From Rotaria socialis (taxonomy: Eukaryota): 64,000 bases of DNA. The stretch covers positions 1-64,000 of the forward strand of contig CAJNYD010000106.1 of NCBI GenBank assembly GCA_905331295.1, read 5' to 3'. Below, one piece after another: positions 25,801 through 38,487 of this stretch; the first letter of the stretch is position 1, and the number at the start of each line of letters is the position of its first letter. The notes beneath the pieces were generated by a model. That model was not told the DNA's origin, ran no database searches, and saw nothing but the letters and a program-made list of their open reading frames with translations. The position numbers and the translations under genes were made by a program.

Positions 25801-28800
25801 AAACAATTTGATTGAATATTAATATTCGTTCAACACTATTCGCTTTTCAAATAATGATTATATAATATGTACGAAATTGATTGCTCTCTTTTTTTCACTA
25901 TCTCTTTCATTCTAATCAAAAAAGAGGTTTGTCATACGTAGGGCGTGTCCATTGAACGTCTTTTTTCTCCAGTTATTCAGAATCATTTCGCATATATATT
26001 AAAGGTCATATATGCTGTTATGCAGCTTGCACATGAAATAGAGAAAGAGATCATCAGGAGAGGGCACTTAGTCGCGCGTGCACTTTAAACTTATTCAAAT
26101 ATAAGATAGAATGATTTGGTTTCTTTATTATTATTAATTTATGACAGTAAATAGAAAGTAAAGCGCAAGAAGTTTTATCATAGATTATTGGGAATAAACA
26201 TGAAAAATCAATGATAAATTAAAACTATTCATTTTATTTGTGTTATATTGTTAACTGACGACAAGAGTTCTCTCTATAGAAGATATGTTTTTTTTCTTCT
26301 AATGGCCCAAGAGTTAATTCTAAGGTGAAATAAATCATGCAATAAGTGATTAATACAAACTGATTGTCATCTTGAAGGGAGCGTGCCGTATCATCTCGAT
26401 ATATATATATATATATATATATATTCATTTTAAACACAATGAATAATTTGATGATAGTTCAATGATTCATAATATCATATTTGAATAGTGTCGTTCGAGT
26501 TCAATTATCCTTGAATATTCTCCTTTCTATACCTTTCTGTCATTTTTTTCTTTCGTTCTTTGTCTCATTGTATCATTCAACATATGTGAAGACACTGTCC
26601 ATCTTGTATGTCTCATTCGCGCTTTCAATATGAATCAATTGAGGTTGTTAACTAATCCACCATCTTGTCTCTCACCCTTCGACAAAGTTCACCTCGCGCT
26701 CAATCGATCTTTCTTTTTCTATCAATGTACAATTTCGTCTCATGCATCTCCTCATGTATAGTGACAGTCTAATGAAGTTTATGCGTGTTGAAGTTGTCGA
26801 CAGAATGAACTTAATATATATATGTATATATATATCGTATATAAACATATTAAAAATTAGATACGAAACATGGGCATGCCACGCGAGGAAATAAAAGAAC
26901 AAAAAGAGAAATCATACCACAAAAGGTATATAGACGTTTGTGTTTGTGTTAGTATATATTGATATGATGGTATTTATTTCATTAGAAAAAAAGAAGCAAA
27001 AGAAAATACGTGCGCATTTCTTTTCATTCTTTTTCAGTCGAATTTTCTTTTGTAGTTTTAGTTTTTGATTCTTAATGTTTTGTTCTCATTGTAGCAGTTG
27101 ATAATAATGAAATCGAAGATAACACAAATAATTATATTGAAAAGAATGAAATGGTCTCTGAACATATTCCCGAAAATAATACAATCATGATGTGTATAAC
27201 TATCAATACGCAATTGAAACCTACATCCTATGGACTTGAACATGCTGAACGAACAGTATCATCAAGTTCTTCGGAACAATTGATACCAAAAGAAAAACAA
27301 ACAGGTAAAAGAAACCAAAGCACTCAACAAAACTAAATCTATTCCTTAAATCTAGGAATGTATTATCCGGCATTCGGAAGTTCAGCAGCAATACATTTAG
27401 CGGAAAAATATAATTGTGAATGGTTACAAGATGTGCCGTCACCGACTAGTACAATAAGAAAACATTCCACTATTGTTGAAAGTAAAGAATCGCCTGATTC
27501 ACGTATATTTCATCAGCATCAAAATATTGGTGACGATGATGAATTCTATTTATCATTACAAGCAATTCAACCGTCTCACTCATGTCCACAGTTAAATTAT
27601 ACGACAATGAGAGAACCATTACGTGAAAGATCATATTCTTTAACAACATTAGATGCCTATGCGTACTTAGATATAACACGTGATACTCTTGAGCAAATGT
27701 GGCTTTCATTACTTGATCTTGCTTTTAGTGATAAAGATGATATCGAACTAGGTGAATATAAATTACGTCATATTATGGGTCTTTCAAATTCATATACAAA
27801 CGTGAATGAAACTCAAATAGAAAAATCTCGTAGTCATGGTGATATATTTTCAAGCACAAATAAAAATCATGAAGATAAATTTACAAAGAAAAAATCAAAA
27901 TCATTTGACATCACATCATTAGATAAATCAGCAACAAACACTTCGAGAACAAACGAATCAGCAAATGTTGGCCTTTTACAAGGTGCTGCTATCTCGGAAC
28001 CATTTGTTGATCGTATCGGCCCATCATCGACACATTCCGACACTGAAGATAATCTACTTGATATTGATGATGATAGTATACAATCATATGAACAAGATAA
28101 TGTTCTTTCCGATGAACACGAGCCACCAACAAATCAGATAACATCACCTATTATAAAAGAGCCACTAAATTATGTATTTCATTATCCACATCATTTAGAG
28201 AATAATGATGATTTCGATCTTGATCCTATAGATGACATATCAAACTATTTACCGAATACAAGTTTACAAAAGAATGAAATATTTGGTGATGAAGACAAAC
28301 AAGTGTGTATGTCCTTGGGTTTTGACGACGACGAGGCAACAGCTGCACTTGCTGCTGCCGTACAACCAAGAGATACACAAGCTATTCTATCTTCATATAG
28401 ACCGCATTCATTATCGACTATACCAAGTTCGGGCGAAAGTCAGTATGAATCTAGTGATGATAGTGAAGATTTCGATGAGAATTTAAGAAGAACTGCAATT
28501 AGTATTAATCAAGAAGATATTTTTGAAGTCGATAATAGTGAAGAAGAAACAGACGACGATCACGGTAGAATCGGATCAGGTGTTTCATCGCCACAATCAA
28601 AACCAAATACACCAATACAAAGTCGTTCAGCAACACCATCAGAACTAAATCAAGTAAGAATACTTTTCTACGAATTCTTTATTTTGGAAAACGAATAGCA
28701 GGTGTTTTATGCATCGACTTGTTTTTGTTGGTTCGTATTTATACAGAAAAAAAAAGTAAAATATGAATTAATATCTCGAGTATAATTCATTCATAATGAA

Positions 28801-29708
28801 AAGAAATACGCTGAAGCCTAGACTATAAATAGCACTATATGAAGAAGAAAAAAAACAAAAGCTGTGCATAAATTTTATTCAATAGATTGATATTTTAGTG
28901 AATAATAAGATTTTCTTTTATTCGTACGGTCAAAGTAAACAGATACTACAATCAAGTATTATTGTTTGAGTCATAAAATAAAATAAAAAAGAGAAATTTG
29001 ACCTATTATTCAGTAAGTCAAATACATGGATAGGGTTTCATAGATAATTTTTCAGTGGTCAACTAAGAGACAAACAAACGTTTATAAACGATGCTATATT
29101 GATGCATTTAGTGTCATATTTTTTACAACAGGGATGATAAATGTAAGCCGAGTAATTTGACGATAGTAACAGCTTGTAAATTTTTGCGGTTAGTAGCAAA
29201 AGAAAGAACGCAAATTCGAATATTTTTATTTTTTCATTCGCCAAATACCCCAAATTATTAGTTGTTACTATTATAGAATAATTAAAATGTACATTCATCT
29301 CATAGTGTAAAGATACACATTGATTTCTGTACGAACGTTAGTATTCGCATAGCTTTCATTGTATATTTTCGGTAATTTGTTCGATATTATATCTTTTTAA
29401 GTCTCTTAGATAACATTTTCTACGAAACAATCACATTGTTATGTATTTATGTTATTTCTACGAGAAAGATCTGTCTATTTGAGTGAATCGATGCATGGAT
29501 ATTGTAATTTCTTATCTCTGCTCTTTTCACAGGCTGCCTTCGATTACTGAATTTTGTCAACACAAGAAAAAAAACGAGTACTCTCAAGTTCTAAATCATA
29601 TCAATCGAATTTTAATAAAAAAAACGTCCCTCGCTCTCTCTCTCTCTATTACTAATCAATTTCAAACTCTTCAATGCATCTTCAAAATAAAATAAAAACC
29701 ACTTGTCT

Positions 29709-29739
<31 letters not shown>

Positions 29740-32700
29740 ATTCTATTTGCATCATATGGATAGAATCATAATTGATCCTCATTTTTTTACATTACATCAA
29801 AATTCAATGTCAAACATCTTTAAACACACATTCGGAATAAAGCAATAGACATACATTAAATACGCATTTATTCATTTTCTTTTTTTGTTTCATATTATAT
29901 ACATCTGTTTCGTTCCTATATTCTTCTATGTATTTTAGCCTATAAAACTTTCAAATTTCTCTGAGATCGATCATGATGCATGGGAAAAATCAATAAGCGA
30001 ACCGATCTATACTGACGATCTATCCATCGAACAAAATAATGAAGATGGCTTATTTACGTTTACAGATAACTTAACAGCGATTATTTCATTGCAATCTACC
30101 GAACAACAATCTCAAATATTCACTACTGATCAAATTGAATCAACAATAATAAAAAATGAACTCTATGAAAATACCTTTATTGAACAAATCAATGAAAATA
30201 ACTCACTAAGTGCTTCATCACGAGAAGATTACATTGAACATATGGATGAACAACAAGTCAATAAGTCAGTAGATTCTACTCGTACATCAATATCATCGAT
30301 ACATGATACACATCTCGATCCAGATGAATTAGCTTATCGTTTAGCACGATTAGATCCTTATACTATATCAAGTCCACCGAAGAAAACTTTAGCAGATGAA
30401 TTAGCAGAATTAGGCGAAAAGGAAAGTCGCTTTGAAAATGATTCTCTCGATCATACACCTCCTAATGAAAAGAAATTATACGAATCATATCCAACAACAC
30501 CACCATTGAAAATCGATCAACTTACATTAATCGTGGACGAGATTCAAAAACTTAATCAAGAAAAAGCTGTCTCGTCACTTTCAACGATTGTTCAAGATAT
30601 TCATTCAGTAAAAAATAATCAATTTCTAACGAAAATTGTTGACTACCATCAATCACCACCTATATCAAATTTACAAACAATAATGACGGAATTACATGAA
30701 GTATCTAGTCGACAACCTGTAGAACGTCCACAACGACCAACACATCTTGAACTTGATTTAGATGAACAAGTTGAAGTATACGAACAACTTCTTACATCTT
30801 CTGTTACTGATAGTATTCCAATATCATCAAATATTATAAACAATCTGGAAAAACATTTAGCTGAACATAAAACAAAAACACCTTCCCCTGCTCTTCCGCC
30901 CGCGCCTGTTCTATCGTCATCATCGTCATCGCTGACGAGACGAATCAGTGAACCACCTCCACCATTAACACGCTATCAAAATCATCGCGTTGACAAAGTA
31001 TCTGATTTAGAAATTGTTAAGCAAGGCAATGGCTTTAAAATTGGTTATGTCGATCGACAAGGTACAGATCAACGTGTTATATTAACAAAACGTATACCAG
31101 CTGGACCTGATATTATGGCACGAGATCCACATGTTCGTTTGCCATATAAAGGTCGTAAAATTTTAAATCAAGTTTTCAGTTCAATTTTATATACAAACGG
31201 TTATAATTCAATACAAGAAGATAGAAAATATCAACATTCAGCCGACGATATTGAAGTGCCAATTATTGGGACTAATCCGGAACATTTTGATGAGGTTTGT
31301 TTTCAAAAATATTTAGAATAGGTCTACAACAAAAAAAAAAAAGAGAAAATGAGAAAGAATTATGAAACCATTGAAATTCATATACGAAACCTTTCAACTT
31401 TTTTGTTTAACGTAATCTTTAGTTTGAAATCAATTTTAATATTTAATCCATTGCATAACAGCCCTAAAACTGCTATTTATGCCAATGAATGGGAAGGGAA
31501 AAGATTTAATAAAAAAAACTTCATCGGAGATCTTACGTAAATCGGATGCAATTCATTAAGAAAAAATGAATGCGTGATAGAGAGCTTGTAGACACAATTG
31601 ATCTTGTAGAAAATTGATATATCTTTATGTTAATTTGACAAATCAATGAACAATAAATGTTGACAAGTTATGATTTTGATAACTGATTTTGAAAAATAAT
31701 AAGTCTCACATGACTGACTTTACAATGGTAGAGATTATTTTAAAGATTGGATTAATACTAATCATCAGTGAAATCAGACGAAAAAATCTGACTTTACAGC
31801 CCTTAAAATACTTCTTTGTCTAGTTGATTTGCATTATCTGATCTAGAACTGTTCTCTTTTATCTTAGAGATTTAGATATATTTACATGAAGCATTTTTTG
31901 TTTTGTTAACGATTTTTAAATATCATACGGCCAGTTAAAAGTATAAGCTTTCTTTCGATTGTGTACCTTGAGTTTCTTGCAGAAACGTTTGCTTTTATTT
32001 CAAAGAATAACAAACAAGGCTTCTTCTCTGCATCAACCACCATAATTATGATTATTTAAAGAAAGTACTTCTACAATTAGGATGTTCATATGGCGAAACA
32101 TTTAATTTGACACCTTTCTTCAAGGGGAAAATGGCAGACTTTTGGACTTGAAGTTACTTTGACGTACTTTTCAACTTCAAATTTTCCTGAAGGTACTTGA
32201 GGTTACTTTGGGCTACTTGAGCGGTAATTACTTTGAGTTACTTCAAGTCCATCGTTTCCTCCTTGTCTTTTTTTCTCCACTGGAATAATAGCCATGAAAA
32301 AAAACCGATTTTGTCATTCACTTTTAAACAAACAAGAACACTTATAAAGTATATAAGATGAACTATTATGGTTACCACTGTCGATCTCTACCGTCTCACT
32401 GAACATATTTTGAGAATTTCAAACATTCTGAATCTTTATTTACAGTGTTATCAATTTTTCTTATTTTATTTTTCAGTCTGATATGATATCAATCGATATC
32501 GATGGTCCATCGACAATGCTTAATTCTATATGTGAATCAATTGTTATAACTCAAGGTTCTGTTTATTCAAATACTCCTTTTAAACCTTCTCGTGACAAAC
32601 CCATAGCTCAACCAATAGCCAAGAGTGTATTCGATAGCAACATTCTCAATTCAAATGCATCACATTTACGTCATGTTGTCTTAGATCAACATGAAGAATA

Positions 32701-35700
32701 TCTTCTCAATAGTTCTCGTACACCAACGCCATCGAATAAAAAAGATAAAATTGAAGTTATTGATACATGGCACAATAGTACAGTTATTGAGGGTAGTAGT
32801 ACAACATGGCGTAGTCCATCATTGAATACATTTAAAGCAACAAAGCATATTCAACCATCAACACAAGCTCAAACGTTCGTTTCTTCCATTGAACCTAATC
32901 TAGTTCAAATGCGTATAGCACCAACAACTTATGACACGAAATATCGTTCAAGTGAACATATTGAAATTCCAGCTACATACAATTGGAATGCGGAAACAGT
33001 AGATACGCCGAAAAGACCAGCTCAGTCTACACGTGATGTTGCATTATCACCGATATTAATTGATCAAAAATCCTATCAAACATCAAGTACATCGACCGCT
33101 GCAATTCCTGGTAAAATTGATCGTTCATGTCAATATAGTCCACCACTAAAACATGAATTTGGTTCACAATGTCATTTTGATCATTTAACATCATCAACAC
33201 AAGTATCATCCTATGATATACCGAACTTTTTAATCACTAATAATGGTACACAAACAACAATCAATGGTGCAAATACAAAAGTGCCGTTGGATGATTCAGG
33301 AATTCAAAGACACATGCAAACAGTATCACCATCATTATCAACAGCATCATCCGATCATCAACAAACAATGCAAACTGGAGCAGATTTTATTACAAAATTC
33401 AATGATCACAATAATCATACATCAGGTTTAACAGTAACACAATATACAGATGAAAACTATTATCTTCCTTCAAATGATAATAATCAAACGATATTAACGA
33501 GCCGTTCAGCAACACTTGAACGAAGCGCTGACTCAGGGATTCTTGTTGATGAACAAGTTAGCTCTTTTCTATTTTATTATTTTAAAGAAATCTAGTTTGT
33601 TTTATTTTAGTTATTACGCACTCGTCGAAATAAAGCAAATTTCGCTTTACAAGTCGATATAAAAGGCTCATCATCCGACAGTGAAGATGTTTCCGAAGTA
33701 ACACAACGTCCATTACATAGGATGAAATCCCTAACAAATGATGACGTCTATGAACATCATAGCGAACTAATGATAAAACCTAATAATGTAAGAGAAGTTC
33801 GACAAAATTCATCAACAAATGACAAACGAGGAGCGGAACACTCGATTATATCAGCTAAAGAAATCGAGCAACAAATTTTACAATTACGACGTGAACGGGC
33901 ACATATACTTGATTTACTTTCATTGAATTGGAGTCGATCAAATATTTGGGTTGAATTGACTGAAGCGAAATTAAATTATATTATTGGAGAAACAGGTAGA
34001 AATTTAATTATTAAAAAAAAACAAAAAACAATAGATTAATTTATATTTAAATGAGTATTTTGTGAACTGAAGAATTAATGATTCGAAGATCAGTTCGAAA
34101 ACCGGAAATGTTTTTGATAATACTAGGATGCAGACCAATCTAGCTGAAAGTTCTTCCGTTCAGTCTTATGTACTCACAGCGTACACTAACTTAAAAAAAT
34201 CCAGCTGACAATCACACGACGGGTCTAAAGCAGCTTCATGCCGAATGGCGTGAAGGTTTTAGTAAAATAACTTAATAATGTACTGAACAAACGATATCTT
34301 TCAATTCATTGTTCAAAATAATAACGAAATTTTTTATAAAAATCTATCCTAACCACAAAAAGTAGATTTAAACAAATAGCTTGTATAATCAGATTGTTGT
34401 ATTCAACATACCTGCAAGTTAATGAAATAAAATGTACCTGTTTTTTTGTTTCACAAGAAAAAAGTCAAATTTGATCTTAAAAGATCCTTGTACTTTTGAT
34501 ATGCCTTGTAACATACTTTAGGCAAGAGCAGCGTACTATTTTATTATCAACAGAAGTATCTTTCTGTGTCTTCAATATATTTACACGCAAAATTTTGATA
34601 AAATTAATATTACAGTTGTCCTTGAATAATAAATTTTGTTGTTATTGATAACAAGTACGGCATTATTAGAACTTGATTACACAGAGATGCCATTGTTGTA
34701 GTTACATGTTTAAATAAAAGAAAATTCTTTCTATTATAATATAAAAGAAAGTTCTTTCTATTATAATAAAACAAGAAACAAAAGAATGTAAAGAATCCGG
34801 TTCACAGAGGATTGAATGTTTTATCAAACTATACAAATGACTTGAATTCTATATAGTCTTTTCTTCTTCATATGCTCCAGTGATATTCCGGCTGTTATGC
34901 AAGACATTCAAATAGCTACATTTTTGTGAAGCGATACAAAATATTGCTTGTATTTATCTCTAGAATAGAATTATTGATGTGAAATTCATATGCAACGAGT
35001 AAAAACTCTTTTAGAAAACAACGTTCTTCTCATTAGCTTCGTTTTCAGAAAAAAGAATATTAGGAACAAAAAGGTTATTGCAGTTACTTTGAAAAGCAAT
35101 GATTTGGAAATAGTTTTTGCTCTCTAGTTTTTAAATAAATTGTTTCGAAAAGTTCTTTAATTGCTCAAAATGTTTAAATTCTATTCTAAAATTAGGAAAC
35201 AAAGAACGCAGCATTTTTTCACCACAGATGTTTTCTCGAGCTTTTCTTTTTTTTTAAATGCGTAGATAAATAGCAGAATATTGAAAATTGTACTGAACTA
35301 ATTATTTTGCCAACTCAACCAGTAAAGCCGATTTTAATATTAAGTAACGCCGGAGGAAACAGTTCGTGCAAAGTTCTATTCTTTTTTACTGCAGTTTTTA
35401 CACTTTAAATAATATATTTTTAAAATCTCCTAATCAAAAAATCAACTAATCCTATTTTTAACCGTACAAGCAAACACAACTTAAAATAACACTCTCATGC
35501 ATAACAACTATTCTAGCTTATCGTGTATTTTTTGAAGAAAAAAAGATGTTTCTTTGTAACTATTGATATTTATTCAAAAATGAGATGACAGGAAACAATG
35601 ACATGAGAAAGATGATATCTGATGTAGGACGTGGATATGTCGAAAAACAAGACTACTAAATTATGAATGATATAAATTAGAAAAAAAAGACCTAAACTGC

Positions 35701-37266
35701 TAAACAAAGAAGTAATCGAGTTTATTCCGGAAGTTCATTATCTTAACTCATGATAAGTTTTTCTTTCAACTTTTTTCATGAAACTTTTTTCCTAGAGATA
35801 TTAATTTTCTTAAAAAAGACAGGCCGTCTGCAGACATGAATAGACTATCCATGTCTAGCGGATAACTAATAATAAACATTTATAGATGGATTAAGTAATC
35901 AGTAAATTAATCTCACTGTCAAAAAAGAATCGAATTTTCAACACTTCTCGAGCTAATATTCATAATTTGATTATATCTCATAGATTCTAATTGAAAATTC
36001 ATCTTCAACGGGCAGATTATCAAAAATTTCTAAAACTACATTTCCACTTAAATTTTATATCATCATTAAAGAAGTTGAAATTTTTCATTAAAAATACAAT
36101 ACGAGAAATATATTTGTTTAAGTTAGCTAATAAGCATAGATCGTTAAATCTAATTTTATTCACCTTTAGATGCCTTACTTCGTTCGTTATCTTTCGATGC
36201 TAATCCAGTTGATAGTGAACGAGTTAAAGTTAAAATGCACCAATACGAAGAAGATATGGCAGAATTAACAAGACAACGTTTAGCTATCTACCGACAACGT
36301 TTAGAAGATTCGAAAAAACAATTAGATATTAAAATTGATGAATTAGAATTGAAGAAATCATCGCTAGAACATCATACATCACATTATTCAACTCTGGAAT
36401 TTACACCACGTGCTGAAGTTATAAGACATGCAAAATCATTTCTAAGTACAAGTGCTGAAAATTTATCCAATATACCTCTACAAGATAGTGTATCAAGTCA
36501 TCCGCATTTGCTTGACGTATCATTTCTAACATCAACACCATCGAATCAAACGATCGGTCTTCCACCACGTTATCCTCGCTCGCCACGACTTCCTCAACCA
36601 TATCAATCCCCAGACACATATAGAACTGTTTATCGTCCAACGCCACGTTATCCATCAGCAGTAGCACTAAATACTGATCAACGTTATGACTTTCCACGTT
36701 ATAGAACAACATCCTATGTAACACCTAATGGAAATCTATCAGGCTTACAAGGTTTAAGTAGAAGTCAACAAGCTATATTAGATGAAACAGATAAATTAGT
36801 AAAAGATTCACAAGAATTTCATAATGAATCTGCGTCACAATTTGAACGTGCAAGAGAAAGCTTATTATCAAGGTAAATAAGAGAACTTCTTCTTTTTTTA
36901 TATAAAATTTGTCATGCAATAAGAATTTTTCAGTTTCTAATCTAAGCAGGTAATTTAGTATTTACTTTCCTTTCTTTTTATGCATGAATGAATGAGTAAA
37001 TGAATGAGATATGCTCGCTAGCATGAATTCTAAAGAAATAATAAATAAAGACCGGTAATGATTAAATATCCTTTTCTTGTTCTAGTGAAGCATCAATTCG
37101 GTTGGCAAGAGCCAACATGGCTGCATCCCGCTTTTCACCAACGTCAAATTATTTACCCAATGATGTTACACTTGCTGAACTATTTAAATATGAACAGTCA
37201 TTAGCTAAAGAAACAGCGAAAAATACACGAACCTATTCATCTATATCAACAAGTGCGGAATCTTAG
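13105..37266 (+). CDS. Giant (~3,000 aa) Ser/Thr/Asp-rich, largely disordered protein with C-terminal coiled coils; about 14 exons: 13105-13162, 14702-15386, (16999-17255 or 20352-20515), 20821-21819, 22810-23997, 24147-24299, 25224-25748, 27095-27304, 27356-28653, 29939-31294, 32477-33556, 33611-33995, 36170-36872, 37086-37266
   Basis: Each large ORF is bounded by AG/GT sites whose phases chain without frameshift to TAG at 37264. Heptad-like segments EIEQQILQLRRERAH and LAIYRQRLEDSKKQLDIKIDELELKK. No family recognised; the first exon is less certain. Confidence 0.75.
32121..32265. mobile_element. Small intronic palindromic MITE (145 bp) with a 4-bp TCTT flanking duplication
   Basis: caaggggaaaatg...ggacttgaagt / acttcaagtcc...tttcctccttg inverted ends; tctt on both sides. 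Confidence 0.65.
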
Positions 37267-37469
37267 CATTTAAGAATTTATCTGTATGTATAGTCCTTCG
37301 ATTGATTTCTCGACGTTTTTTTTTGCCACCCATTTGACGAAAACATCCGCATACATATATATATTTATATTTGCTGGTGCTGTTCTAGCTCAGTTGTTTT
37401 CTGTTTTTTCTTCAATGTATGTGTAGTTTATCTCTTTTGGCTCTTGTTGTTGGTATGCAACATGTTTTC

Positions 37470-37497
37470 TTGTGTGTGTGTGTGTGTGTGTGTGTGT
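37470..37497. repeat. (TG)n microsatellite in the putative 3' UTR
   Basis: Directly visible. Confidence 0.9.
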
Positions 37498-38487
37498 TTG
37501 TACTGGCTTTTCTTCTTCTTTTTTTCAAAGCTCAACATTTCTTTTGCCTATTTTTGAGATTTGTATGAAGAAAAATAATAATAAATAAATGAATAATAAT
37601 ATTGTCATTAATATGATAAGAATTGTCTGTTTTCTTTACTTGCAAGAAAATGAGATTTTCTGGTTATGTGAACAAAATCTATTCATTATTTAGTTGTGAC
37701 TAATATGATCATTCAATACAATAATAGGATGAGCGTGCATATACTTCAAAAATAAATAAAAATGAAAAAAAAGGAGATGGCAAATCCTGTTTGCATTTCT
37801 ATGCACACGGTCGGTCACTGACGTCTTTTTTTGTTTTTTCACGATCCGTATGTGTGATGCCGTACATCCGCCTTTCATGCACTGTGCTTTCCTTTCTTTG
37901 CTCTGTTTTTTTCACTTTTCAGGTCTCTTTTCTTCTTCTTCTTCTTCTTCTTCTTCTTCTTCATCTTCTTTGATAATTAGAATGTTTCTCTACTTTTCAT
38001 GAGCATAAGAAACGAGAACGCATCAATGCGTCCATGGTAAAGTAACCACCGTCGAATAACACAGGTAACCGACGTTGTCGCTGTTTGTGCAACTAGGATG
38101 CTGATGGGCATAAAAATCATATTTTCTTTTTTCTATTCTTTTCTTTTCTTCCCTTTCATTTTCTCTCTCTCTCTCTTTCTTGTGGAATCCTAGCCGAATG
38201 ATTAAAATTATGATTATTATACAGATTTCAGTTCAACGACACTAGCAAAACACAAACGAGATAATATTTCTTGCAAAGCGGTGTTCCAGCACCGCCTATT
38301 AGTCTTCCTATCTATAACTGATCATTATCTTGTGTATAAAATCAGCTGTAAGCTTTATTTGTTATTATAAAACATGCAATTATTTATTTAAAAAGAAAAT
38401 TTGTTTTTTCTTCTGCTCTTTGCATAGAAAGACGAATAATATTCGTTGTCAGTTATACATTAGTTAGTTAATCAATATTTATTAAAA

